Shown: positions 1 through 13,097 of the stretch, one piece after another
Layout of the letters: each line of letters begins with the position of its first letter
Position numbering within the stretch: the stretch's first letter is position 1
DNA from: Octopus vulgaris
Taxonomy: Eukaryota
Assembly (NCBI GenBank): GCA_951406725.2
Contig: OX597831.1
Location: 82,336,001-82,400,000 of the forward strand
DNA: 64,000 bases
Direction: 5' to 3'
Translations under genes and position numbers: made by a program
The notes under the pieces: generated by a model
What the model was told of the DNA's origin: nothing
The model's input: only the letters and a program-made list of their open reading frames with translations
Databases searched by the model: none

Positions 1-393
1 CTGTAATTTATGTATGCACACATAAGTGCGTGGCTGGATGCATGTGTGTGTGTGTTTATAACACACACACACACACACACACACATTTTGGATGTATTTC
101 ATTATAACATTAATTTTAAAAAATTTCTTTTAACAAAATGGAAACATTATAGAACTGAATGACAACATATTTTGAATGCAGAAGATTCTACAGACATCTG
201 AATAAGCTGGTGGCAAGCAGCAGAAAAAAAGCAAATAAGGGACAAAAGGGGTTACAAAAGAAAAAGAAACTAAGGTTTTACACACACACACATGTAAACA
301 CAGAAGGGTTTGAAGTCAGCTGAAGACAGAAAAGCAATGGGTTGGAGAAGGTTAATATGAGGCATGACACGATGACACCGGATCAAATTTTAC

Positions 394-474
394 CTCAGTC
401 ACAGCTGGTATCGTAGGGGCTGCTATGAATACCACAAAGGGAGAGAATTCTGCTGTTCGCAACACCTTTACTGC
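394..474 (-). CDS. CASK: CASK GuK exon ([27 protein letters not shown]), 81 nt, phase 0-0
   Basis: Acceptor ttttcag, donor GAG|gtaaaa, branch-point-like ACTAAC about 40 nt upstream. Matches CASK [22 protein letters not shown]. Confidence 0.93.
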
Positions 475-1392
475 CTGAAAAAAATGACAAGCACAAAAAT
501 ATGTGTAAATGTTAGTCGATGGGGGAGAAATCTGTGGCAGTGAAGAAGACAGACCATTGATAAGCCATTTATTTGAGAGAGATGTTAACTGGAGATTAGT
601 TATTCATTGAAAACTACAACAGTAATTAGATGGTTTCAGGGAATGTATTCAAGATATTGTATCATAGATGATAATTTAGGAAACAAACTTCAAGTTTGAA
701 TTCTGAAATCACTATTTGTGCTAATTTTTGTTATTATACCCTGCTATTAATTCTGCTTCAGTACCTGCATAACATAGGGTGCACATGATCCAACCACAGG
801 TAAACATGACTCAGTTTTGTCCTATAAGAGATACCCAGGGATCAGTATGAAGTTCACTTTTTGGGGGGTCTACATTCACGGCTATTTCTCTTTAGTAGGG
901 AGATAGAGTCATTCTAAGATATTGGGACCTTTCTTTGTCTTTTAGTGACAAACAATACTCATGATCTTCAATTTTCTTCAGGGTCTACATGATTTTTAAG
1001 AGGAAGTAATCTTCAAACTGGAGTCCCTTCTCAAAAGGTTGCGACATGAACTCTGTTAAAGGCATCTAAGGACCAGGTGGTGGAGTTAAAGTGGGTGACA
1101 AATTAAATCAACCACCATAGTACATCCTGAAAATACCACAAGGTATCTTGTTTGATAGCCTAACAGTTCCTCCTCACTCAACTGGTTTTATGTTATGAAA
1201 TCCCGCAAAAGATGAAAGGCAGAGTTGACGTCTGTCTGCAGTTTGAATTTAGGACACATCCAGGACAAGTAGACCAAACTACGAGGTTGGTATTTGGGAT
1301 AGATCTGAAGAGGATTAATGTACCCCAAAACATTGTTAATTACAGTTTAGTAAAGAAATCTGCTACATTGTGTCAGTCATGTAGTTATCTAA

Positions 1393-1765
1393 CCTCTTTT
1401 ACTTGTTTGAGTCATTGGACTGCAGCCTTGCTGGAGCACCACCTTCAAGCATTTTAGTCAAATGAATTGACCCCAATACTTAACTTTTTAAATCCTGATA
1501 CTTATTCTATCAGTCTCTTTTGTTGAATCACTAAGTTACAGGGATAAACACACCAACATTAGTTGTCCAGCAGTGACAGACAGACACACACACACACACA
1601 CATAGATATATGTGACAGGGTTCCTTCAGTTTCTGTCTACCAAGTCCACACAGAAGGCTTTGGTTGGCCTGAGACTATTGTAGAAGACACTTGCCCAAAG
1701 TACCATGAAGTGGGACTGAACCTGGAACCGTGTGGTTGAGAAGCCAGTTTCTTACCACAGCCACA
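1393..1765 (-). mobile_element. tRNA-derived SINE, family S1
   Basis: Diverged reverse complement of the copy at 58459-58868. Confidence 0.8.
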
Positions 1766-2457
1766 ATATATTTATCAAACACACATTAATAAACATCATT
1801 TAAGATATATTAATTTGCTTTATAATTAACAGTTTATATTTAGCACAGACAATCAATGAGACAATTAGCATTTAAGTTGTGACCCTTTATGTTCTAATAT
1901 ATAGGGATTACAAAAAAAAAAAGCCCTGCCCCTATGAAGTTATCACTTGAAAGTGTAAAAGACTTGCTAACTTCTATGCAGTCTTAATACTCCCCAAATG
2001 TTTTAAGAGTTGTCATGTCAGGAATGTCAGAGCCAGAAAATGAATTCAACCCAAACAATCACTCCCATCCAGTGACATTGGTTTTAGTATTAGAGGCCAA
2101 GCTTTTCCCTAAATTACACAAGAAATTAAACCCTTTGTTTCATTATTTTATCCCTTTCCTAATGAATACATTAATATATTTAATTAGAAAAGGATAAAGG
2201 TTCAAATATTGTTTAATTATCAAGGTCTTTTATAATTATCTAAGCATTTGTTGTCTACAAAAATATTGATCTTTTTAAACTGGTGAGACATTTGTCTTGT
2301 TCTGTTTTGTCTTACAATTTTAAGCCAAGAAATAATTGTTGAATTTCCTTCTAATACGATGCAATTTTCAATGACAATATCCTGAAATAAAATGTCAAAT
2401 TTTAAAGAACTAATACATGATAAAGACAATGGTAGATACATACTTTTGAAAAAAAAG

Positions 2458-2506
<49 letters not shown>

Positions 2507-3049
2507 ATTAATCAATTTTTGGTTAGCCTAACACTGAATGATGAATCATTTCTTTTCGAAATGAAAGAAATGTAATAATACAAATATTTCAATGAAAAGA
2601 AACCGGTATGGGTGCAGTGGATTAATGTATTTAGGTTTAAAGTGTAAATCATGTATATGTTTATATGTGTGTACATGTATGTTTGTGTGTTTTGTGCATT
2701 TCAATATGATACTGGAAAATTTCCCATGAGTATATTCTGCCACAAAGAACTTTAGTATAGGCTCCAATACATAATGTGGTGTGCTGAGAGAATTAGTTAA
2801 GCAGTTAAATTTATAATTCTAACGAAAAGGAAAATTATTAGCATTAATTTTAAATATATATATATATATATATAATTATTGGAGATTAGTACCAACATTC
2901 CTATGTGGCAGATGTGATAATTGTAAAGAGATTCCACCTTAAATGAAACCATTGGTAGCTTTGTTAACCCACACATAAACAATATTTATTCTCCAACTTG
3001 ATGTTTAGCACTCATTCTCACTCACCAGGTTGGACTGCTGAACTCTACA

Positions 3050-3222
3050 CAGTTTTTCTCTTTCTGTTTTTTTCATTCTCTCTCCAATTTTTTCTTTTAT
3101 TCCTTTCTATCGAAGAGCATAGGCTCGAAACATAAAGGACTTTTCCATTTTTCCTGAGCGTTAAACTAATACACCTGCTTGTTGTTCCTACACCTGTCTT
3201 CATCTTTTGTTTTTTGTAAATT
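3050..3222 (+). mobile_element. Penelope-like terminal-repeat fragment (family P1)
   Basis: Related copies at ~29980-30125 (minus) and tails at ~26310-26360 and ~34348-34425. Carries a GAGC-ATAG-GCTC-GAAAC hammerhead-like motif. Family assignment is inference. Confidence 0.5.
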
Positions 3223-4133
3223 TGGCGGTGACAGCCAAGGATATGCGTAGGGTTGAAAGAAATGAATCCAGTATGCTTTGCTGGATGTGCAATGTCAGTG
3301 TACATGTTGGACAGAGTGTAAGCATCTTGAGAGAAAAGTTAGGCATAAAAGGCATCAGATGTGGTGTGCAAGAGAGACAAATGTGCTGGTATGGTCATGT
3401 GATGCATATGGACAAGGACAGCTGTGTAAAGAAGTGTCAATCTATAACTGAGGAGGGAACCTGTGGTAGAGGTAGACCCAGGAAGACATGGGATGAGGTG
3501 GTGAAACATTTTCAAACTTTGGGCCTTACAGAGGCAATGACTGGTGATTGAGACTTTCAGCAATATGCTATGCTTGAGCATTTGTGGCTGATGCTGGTGT
3601 CACATAACTGGCACCTGTGCAGGTGGCACGTAAAAAGCACCTTTCGAATATTGGGCCTCACAGAGGCAATGACTGAGACCTTTGACATTATGTTGTGCTT
3701 GAGAAGAAGCCAAGTAAAATTGCAGTCATAGCAGATATCGGTATCACACAAATGGCACCTGTGCTGGTGGCATATAAAAGCACTTTTCGAGCATTGAGTC
3801 TCACAGAGTCCGTTTGGCATTATGCTGGGCTTCGAGCATTGGTCCTCACGCAGGCGATGACTAAGTCCGTTTGGCATTATGCCGTGCTTGAGAAGACGAC
3901 GCATCAAACTGCAGTCACAGCAGATACCAGTGTCACACAAATGGCACCCGTGCCAGTAGCATGTAAAAGCATTCATTACACTCTTGGAGTGGTTGGTGTT
4001 AGGAAGGGCATCCAGCCATAGAATACCATGCCAAAACAGACAGGAGTCTGGTGCAGCCTTCCAGCTTGCCAGCCCTGGACAAACTGTCCAACCCATGCCA
4101 GCATGGACAATGGACTTTAAATGATGATGATGA
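3222..4133 (+). mobile_element. RTE-clade LINE 3' fragment (ORF2 C-terminus, long repetitive 3' UTR, (GAT)n tail)
   Basis: ORF 3207..3551 contains WYGHVM...GRGRPRKTW, typical of the RTE ORF2 C-terminus. Ends ...ccaacccatgccagcatgga...atgatgatgat. Confidence 0.85.
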
Positions 4134-4156
4134 TATATGTCTGTATATATTTATAC

Positions 4157-4212
<56 letters not shown>

Positions 4213-4774
4213 CGTTAAGCTTAAAAGTGATGCACATTTCTGACTCAAGGTAGATAGAACAAACTGCTCCAAATCGTTATTATAGCCTCTGTGTGAATGA
4301 AATCAGGACTGGTTGGCTTGGACTGACATAGAGTTGCATAATGTATAATAATGAAGCCAGGCCAAGTAATATGTTTAACCTCTAAGATAATTGTGCAATA
4401 GAAAAAAATAAAAACACAGGAATTTCGTCTCTTATTCAAAATCTTCCACATCAAACTATCTATCTATCTGTTCATCTGTCTATCCATTCTATCATTCTAC
4501 ATATTTTATCCATTTAATATATGTATGACCAATATCCATTGAAATGAACACAAATAGATTTGAGTCTTGACAAAGGAACATTTTGGTGTGTAGACATTTT
4601 GTACAGACTGAGTTGTATAAGGAGAAACAGGACCAGTGAGTAAAAGAATGTAATAATTTTTAGGAATGAATTCTAACCCCAGGCTCTGTTATTGGAATTA
4701 GACACTCAGCCACTCACACAAATGCAGGTTAAAATATATTGACTAAAACTATATGTGTGTGTGTGTGAGTGTGT

Positions 4775-5074
4775 GTGGAGGCGCAGTAGCCCAGTCATTA
4801 GGGCAGCAGACTCGCAGTTGTAGGATCGCGGTTTCAATTCCCAGACTGGGTGTTGTGAGTGTTTATTGAGTGAAAACACCTAAAAGCTCCATGAGGCTTT
4901 GGCACAGGGTGGTGGCAATCCCTGCTGTACTCTTTCGCCAGAATTTTCTCTCACTCTTTCTTCTGTGGGCCTGCTCGCTTAGCCAGCAGGGTGGTGTCAT
5001 TTGAAGGCTAAAACAATGTGAAGTGCATTGTGACCGGCGATGTGTAGCAACATCTGATAGCCTGGTCGGTCACG

Positions 5075-5080
<6 letters not shown>
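4775..5080 (+). mobile_element. tRNA-derived SINE, family S3
   Basis: Degenerate Pol III A and B boxes (GGTTTCAATTCCC). Second copy at 63845-64000. Confidence 0.8.
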
Positions 5081-5128
<48 letters not shown>

Positions 5129-5584
5129 ATTTCACCATAATAGACAATAGAAACTGAAGATAGTTTCGATATAAAAATGAAGAATGAACTTTATTCAATC
5201 AATAAACATTGACGATAATCATTGTTGTTGGATGAGATAACAGTAATTTTATGAAGTAGATAATTTTGAAATATCAGCTGTAACCAGCCTTCTTTCAATT
5301 GACCATAATGGCATTCAACTGGCAGGTCATTTATGGACTCTTGGTGGCCATTTAATAGATTTTTATATGACCAGAAAAGGTAGTATTAATAACAAGCTCA
5401 TTATATACACTGCTTTAGGTGCACGACAACTGATCAGAAAAAGTAACAGCACACAGAATATGCACAGAAAGTGAACAGTGAATGAGTTTAGAAGAAACAA
5501 GAGGGGGGGGCTTCAGCTGTACGATTAGACTCTTAACTCTTAGTCCATATTTAATGTCAATGTTCCATTGAGTCTCTAGAGAAG

Positions 5585-6030
5585 ATATTTCATTCTTTCT
5601 TCACTGCACTAATGTTTACCCCCTGAGATACTCATCACTCTCTGCCGCTGCCAACAGCAGTGGCAGCCATTCAAGAATTTGGACCTGGAGATCTTCATTT
5701 CCAGCGACTTCAAGGGCCACCTCCCAGTGGTGTCGGGTATCAACGAAGAGCCCTCGAGGTCTGGGGTCTCCTGCCCCTAAGCCCTAGACCATCACCTAAT
5801 CACCCTTACCCGTCTTTGTTTAACAACAACAACAACAACAGCAGCGGCAGATGGCGTTTTTGTGTCCTGACCACTTCTCGACTGGACGGGCCCTTGGAAT
5901 GATGGGCTCTCGGGGCCACAATGTGCATTCGAGGTGTTGATATTCACTGAGTCCTGCAATTCACATGGACAGCCGTGCTCTTTGTCAACAAACAAGCTGA
6001 GTGACCCCACCACTGTCCAGGGTTTCGGTA
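5585..6030 (+). mobile_element. Possible decayed non-LTR retrotransposon endonuclease remnant
   Basis: GC-rich island. One frame reads IFISSDFKGH, resembling the GDFN motif of APE endonucleases. Heavily decayed. Confidence 0.3.
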
Positions 6031-6219
6031 TTTGCTGCTGCTGCTACTACTACTACTGCTACTACTACTACTACTACTGCTACTGCTGCTGCTGACTCAT
6101 CTAAATTCTACAGATTTGAGAACCAATGATGGGATACGCTTCATAGAAACTTTGGTTGGTTCACTCAGTACAACATCTGTCTGGTTAAACTAGAGATTAC
6201 TATAATTTTGCCAGTGCAA

Positions 6220-6258
<39 letters not shown>

Positions 6259-7294
6259 GGGCCTAACAAGGGAATCTTCTTTATTGTTGGCAATTAAACA
6301 ACCCTCACCAATGAGGGAAATTGAATAAATGACAGGTGTATGTGTGAGCTGTTTCTTACACAATCACACACAATGAATTATTGATTCAATGATCTTCAAA
6401 TCAATCTTAATCAGACAAAATTAAACCACTTAATTAAACAATTGTTACTCATTCTGAGGCACAAAACAACGACTCTTTGATAAATGGCTGCAAGAAAAAG
6501 AAAATATGTAAAAACAAATAAAAATTGGAAAATGGCTTTTAAAGATGCCTGCAAACTATTTTTTCTTCAGTTAAAAACTAAATATAAACAAAAGTCATAA
6601 CAGCTCCATGAAGAGATTTACATAAATGATGTAAGGAATACTGGTAGTCTTGTGTTACTATTGAAATGTTCTGATCACTTCTAATTATGGTGCAGGGGCT
6701 AGAAATTAAACATAGACGTATAAGTCACATGTCTAAGCAGTTTGGAGACTTATGTGTGCACTTGTGTGAGTGTATAGTCTACAACTAAAAAAATAAATCA
6801 AGGAAACAGCTTCTAAATGGTCACTGAATTAACTTTCTCAACAAATTCAGTATTTTTAGTTTCAATTCTAAGTCTTGGGACAACTGGTTCTTACTAGAGA
6901 TGTTAATTTCCATACAGCCTTTTTCTACCCCCCTCCACATCTCCCTCTACCAAATTCCACTCAAAGAGCATTAGTGCCTTTGACGTTATAAAAAGACATT
7001 TGTCCAAAGTTCCAAGCAATGGGACTGAACACCAAACCTTATGATTGTAAAGTAAGCTTTTGAACCATTGGCCACATAAATGTGGGTGTTTATGACAAAG
7101 CCACAACAGCTGAAATGGTAGCATCAAATAGACATGGCACCATTTACGTCATTTCTTTCTGAAAGTATTTAAATGATGAATTGAGTTCCCATTGGGAATT
7201 GAAGACAAGTTGCTATGTTGTGCCATTGACTGAACTGTTTATTGTCTAAGACTTTGCTAAAAGTCTTTTGGAAATTAGTGCGTTTATGTAAATC

Positions 7295-7703
7295 AAAATC
7301 AAATTCGACAACTGGTATCCATGCTAGTGGGGTGCAAAGAGCACCAAAAGAGCACCATATGAGGGTGATTGTTGACAGAGCAGCTAACCGGCTTCCGTGC
7401 CAGTGGCACATAAAAGGGCACCATTCGAGTGTGATCATTACCAGCGTCGCCTTACTGGCACTTGTGTCCATGCTAGCAGAGTGCCAAGAGCACCATCCAA
7501 GCGTGATCGTTGCCAGTAAAAAGCACCCACTACACTCTTAGAGTGGTTGGTGTTAGGAAAGGGCATCCAGCTGTAGAAACTCTGCCAGATCAAGATTGGA
7601 GCCTGGTGCGGCCATCTGGTTTGCCAGCCCTCAGTCAAAATCGTCCAACCCATGCTAGCATGGAAGGTGGACGTTAAACGATGATGATGATGATGATGAT
7701 GAT
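7295..7703 (+). mobile_element. RTE 3' UTR fragment with (GAT)n tail
   Basis: Same tail as 3960-4133 and 32950-33115. Ends about 110 nt from the CASK exon donor at 7811. Confidence 0.85.
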
Positions 7704-7810
7704 GTTGTTGTTAATGATGAGGATGTTGATGGTGACCATTGTTAGCGATGCTGATAAGGATCGTGTTATGATGATAATGATGATGACAGTGTTAATGAAG
7801 ATGTCATTAC

Positions 7811-8013
7811 CTGAGGTTCTACGTCAAGTATTGCCATAAGACTTTCAGCATGTATATGTCGTATTGTTTCTAATTTCGTTCCGTACATAGCATCTTCATG
7901 TGTTCCATATTCTAAATATTCGTTAGCTTCTATATCAGCCATCATTTTCTTTCGTGTCACAAAATAGTAATTTTTCCCATTTTCTTCATCTTTTCGAGGC
8001 GGTCGTGTTGTGT
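7811..8013 (-). CDS. CASK: CASK GuK exon ([68 protein letters not shown]), 203 nt, phase 1-0
   Basis: Acceptor tcttcag, donor CAG|gtaatg. Overlaps ORF 7766..7960. Contains the GuK TTRP and EYG...YGT signatures. Confidence 0.96.
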
Positions 8014-8431
8014 CTGAAGAGAAAGACAGAGAGAAAATTATTTCTATACCAAAAGAGATTTAATTAACAAAGTCTACAACTGAGAAATAATTATTGCATT
8101 TGTTTAGCTTAACTCAACCTTGATCAAGCAGTTCTATGATCAGAGGCATTCCAATCATGACCAACCCATTTTTCATCTCTTATGTTGTAGGGTTGATTTA
8201 AAGGTATTTGGCTGTTATTTTTAGCAAATACAGGTTCTCTTGTTAGCTTTAGTAGAGGTCCTAAAGTGACTGACCATTAAAACATGAATTACTGCAGGTA
8301 TATATATATATAAAATAAAATTTGAAAATTTGAGTTTGTGAGGATATTTTTATTCCATAATTGACAGTTGTTTCAGCAATTTCATAGTGATTAATTGTCA
8401 TGGGGATACTGATAATGATAATAATAATAAT

Positions 8432-8684
8432 AGTCAAGATGATGAGCGCGATTTGATTGTAAGATATTTTATTAGTTGAACGATATTTCAACAGTACTTC
8501 TGTCTTTGTCAAGTTCAAAATAAGAAGTGATAAAAATTCAAAATTACAGAAATTTAAATGTTTAAATTTCTGTAATTTTGAATTTTTATCACTTATTTTG
8601 AACTTGACAAAGGCAGATATACTATTGAAATATCGTTCAACTAATAAAATATCTTACAATCAAATCGCGCTCTTTGTCTTGACT
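8432..8684. repeat. Long near-perfect inverted repeat (~125-bp arms, 2-nt loop at 8559-8560)
   Basis: Centre reads aaattacagaaatttaaa-tg-tttaaatttctgtaatttt. Twin MNLTK... ORFs on opposite strands confirm the symmetry. A few mismatches and one 3-nt indel. Confidence 0.97.
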
Positions 8685-8722
8685 GTTTACCTTTGTGAAG
8701 AATTACGTCAATCCTTTTTAAA

Positions 8723-8770
<48 letters not shown>

Positions 8771-11087
8771 TAATAATAATAGAACTTCCCTCCTGTGTGA
8801 CGAGTGGTACGTGCTAGTTGTTACAAATACAGTGATGTAGGAAGTTGGGTCGGCAAAGTCAGTCATAGATAGTTGTGTCTTATCTAACTAACTATACTGC
8901 TATACCAGAGTGGACGTTATAACAGTCTGACGTTGGATTACAACACTAAAATATAATAATCATTATTGTGTGTCACCTGGTTGTTTTTATGACTAGGTAC
9001 GTCACATCTCTGTATGTTGGCTAAAAACATTGGTAATGAAAAGAGCATCTGACCATGAAGCGCTGCTTGAGAAAAACTATCCGACTCATGCCATTGTGGA
9101 CGAGTAGACACAAAGCAGTGATGACATTGACGATACTTATCTCGGTTATCAAGAAATTATTGTTTTCTTTTTCTTATCAAGGCTAAGACCATGCCGGGGC
9201 AGTGATGTTCTAAGTCAGTGCTCCAGTATGGTCTTAGCCTTGTTATCTTAAAAGCTGGGATTAACCAGATAAGGTTATGTACTCCACTGCATAAGCTTTT
9301 ATTCTCTGAACATTTCCAGACAATCTGCCTGCTCTTCTTCATAGTTAGGAGTATAAAATTGAGTTAGCAAAATAAAGAATGATGTGAGCTTGCTACCTCT
9401 GGGTTTGTAGTCTAGTGGCATACCCTCTTGATTGATTTTGTGTGAATGAAGAGTTAAGTTCACATCATTAAATGAATTGCTTAATTAAGGTCAATATATT
9501 AAAATTCAATAATTGAATTCTAGCACCAATTCTCAACAAGACTTGTATGGTAAATGGTTGAGTAAATTCTAAAAAAAAGGTAAATGATCTACAAGACTGA
9601 GAATAACTGATCTGAGGCAGCCAGAAGAGTTCTTTTATAAACCGCTGATCAAAAGGTGTACAAGAATTGCTTTAATAGAGATGCTAGTATCAAAAAGTCA
9701 AAGAATTCTCTGTTGGAGATGTAAACTAGTATCTCAAATAATTGGATGTATCAAAGGATCCATATTAGTTCTTCTCTCTGTTGCCAGCATCAAGGGATCA
9801 AAAGAGCAGCCAATAGTCGCTACTTATCAATAGATCCCCTGACAATTCCTCTGCTAGTTTCCATTGGAAAGAAATAATTTCAATGCCAAGCTGCATCTCT
9901 TTGATACCAGGCCGTTTCCTTATTGATTAAACTTTGAAAGCTAATTATGCATTCTCTCTCCTTCTTCTTCTTCTCTCTTCTTACAGTAAATTAAACAACA
10001 TTTCATATAAGAGGCTTCATTCACATTCCTGTTTTATGCATCAGTGAACAACACTCCTTTCCACCCCACCCCCCTCCTTTGCTCTTCCTACTCTCTTTAT
10101 TTTCTGATAACTCTCCTCCTTTCTCTCTCTTTCTTACTAACTCCTTTGCTAAGGCATTATCCTTACTGTAACATTATTAAAAACATTACTGTTTGTTTAC
10201 CAAGATATTTGTCGAATACGAATCTCATTTCTCTCTTCATTCTCTCCATGGATTTTCCTCTGGAGTTGGAGATTTTTCATTGCTCTCCGCTTTGTACTAT
10301 CCGCTCTATTTCCAGCTTCATTCCAACATGATCAACACAAGATATTGAAAATCAACAATATTCACTTCAATGTTCTTTTCAAAAGGCTAAGTCACGTTTC
10401 AAGAAATGGAATTAGCATCAAAATATTTGGATCTTGTTTGCTAGATCTGTAAATTTATGTTTTTGCTCATAGTCAAGTTTTAGCACCAACTGTTTGAAAT
10501 AGATTCCTCCATTACACACTATAAGAGCCTATAGAAACCACATATATGATACAAACCATAGTATAAGATAGTACCTTAGACACCTTATTATACAACACCT
10601 TGTTATACCTCAAAGATATATCTGTTACACTTCATTATATAAGTAAATATTTGCTACAGATTGCAACAATTTTCAGTACCATATTTGATACAGACTGGCA
10701 CTTTAGACTGTAGTACTACGGTATTATTATTGATACAGAGTATACTACCTAATAATATCTCAGATAATTACTTTCCTGGACAGAGTCCTCTAGTAGCGTA
10801 ATGTAGTTGACTCAGACTGGAGTGTCTCATAGTACTTTGGTATAACTACACACTAAACATAGATGCCAAACAGTGTCAGAAATTATATAAAGGAAAGAAA
10901 GTTTAGTTCAGAGAGTTCTAGAATACTTAGTTGAAATTGATTTACGGAATATTTGGTAAATCAAGATGTGGTACAAGTGGAACTAAAAACCCAGTCTTCA
11001 ACAGTGCAACAATGCTTTACTAAATAGTTCTTTTGCAGCATTAAGATATTAAATTAGTAATAATGACTACACGGTCTTTAAGTTGCA

Positions 11088-11120
<33 letters not shown>

Positions 11121-11912
11121 CAAGGTAAATAACTCTTAGTTTGCTTGAAGACAGATACCTCCCACCTTCCAAAATAAATTCTACCCCACCCTTCCTCACA
11201 GTTAACCAAAAAGTCATTCTTTATGTATTCGTTCGACCCACAAGAAATAACGATCGAATATCCATCGAATCACACCCTGCTATCTTAAATAAGGGAACCA
11301 CATTAGATAAGTGCCTGTCCTAACAAAAGGGCTGGTTACAATTTGAATGCCTTTCATCATGGGACTGCTCAGTCTGGGTAGAGCTGGAGTTAAATAACTT
11401 TACAATTAAGTAATTAAGGCACCCAACAATAAAAACTGTTCTGCTAATAAAATATTGCAGCCCTCAAAAACTGAAAATAAAATTAGAAGTTAATCATTTT
11501 GCTGAGTTTTTACTAAAACTAAATCTATTTATCAAATAAAATTTAAATTTTAGTTTAAAATATAACAACTTAATGAGAGTAATTTCTGTTGAAAGCTGCA
11601 GATTATAAGAGCATAAGATTAAAGATTGATTGAAGACTGCCATAACTCTGAAATGGAACAATGGAAAGATTTGAACTTACCATGCAAGTTACCAAAATGT
11701 TTGCCATTTATACATACAATCTTTCCCACTTTACTAATCGCAATAAGTTGTACCTACTTATATATTTATACAGCTAGATGAACTTGGTTATCAAGTGTTT
11801 AGTTCAGCATTTCTCAGCCCTAGGGTGGTTCCGTGCTAAGGTTCCGAGATAAGCAAATGCTAATTTCATGATCATAATATTACTATACATGAACAACATA
11901 TTATTGTAATCA

Positions 11913-12301
11913 TCTCTATATATATGAAGCTGAAGTTGTCTGTGTATGGCAGGTTTGGTAGCCTTCAACTAACACTCTCTCCTCCGAGACCCTGCGGTGC
12001 AAGTTGACCAAAATTGAAAGCATGATAGAAGGCTTGCTCTTTCTTCCATAGAAGATAAAATTCAAATCGGACCATGTTAACACCAAAAATTATTTACATC
12101 AAAAAGGTGCTTTTTTTCTATGAAAAGCCCTATTTTGTACGATTTTCTGACTGCTGCGTCGCCATTTTCCGGTGTATTTCAACCAGAAAAATGTTCACTT
12201 AAAGAGAATAACAAGTTACATAATACAAAATTTTTACTTTTCAAAAATTCCAATTCTAAAGGGTCGAAACAAACTTGAGCAACGTCGAGCGATACTGCTA
12301 G
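11913..12301 (+). mobile_element. Non-autonomous Helitron
   Basis: Starts A|TCTCTATATATATG and ends with an imperfect GC-rich hairpin, then CTAG|T. Inserted between A and T with no target-site duplication. Confidence 0.75.
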
Positions 12302-12874
12302 TATTGTATATAGACATCATCCTGTCTAACCTATTATGTTATCAAAAAGAATATAACAACCATTGGCGATATATTTAGTGATGTCTATAATTTATGGACC
12401 CCCTATATGTGTGTGTGTGTGTGTGTGTATATTTACCACGTGAACTATAATGAAAAAATATGAGAAAGATGTTATATAATTTTTTTTTGTGCAGGGTTCC
12501 TTGAGACGTAATTTATTTCAAGGGTTACACAAGGGTAAAAAGTTTGAGAAACACCAGTTTAGGTCAAAACCAGTGGTGTACTAGACATTACTGAATGTTT
12601 GGTTAGTCAGTCAGCTGTGACTTTGATTGGTGTAATACTGTGACAGAAGTTGTTGTTCTCAACTGACCAGTTGCCAAATAACAGTAAAACACCTGTGACC
12701 TTGCAATACCACTGTATTTAGAGGGTCAAAGACAGGGAGATTGAAAATCTCAAGGGTTCAGTATTGTAGATGGGAGGATAACTGAAGACGTACGGATCCC
12801 AATGTTTTACTATTCCAGAATAAACTCCAAGAACAAACCAGGTGGGAACTAATACATACACACACCTTATATTG

Positions 12875-13060
12875 TTTTACCTTTTACTTGTTTCAGTCGT
12901 TAGACTGCAGCAGCCATGCTGGAGCTCTGCCTTCATGGACTTCTATTGAATGAATTGATCCCAGTACCTTTCTATTTTAAAACTTGGTAAATTGTTTTGC
13001 CAAATTGCTATGGGGATGTAAACACACCAACACCGGTTGTCAAACAGTGATGTCAATCCC

Positions 13061-13097
<37 letters not shown>

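Noticed and set aside
8261-8840. Twin divergent MNLTK... ORFs as a gene pair
   Set aside because: By-product of the inverted repeat, with TTG starts and low-complexity tails.
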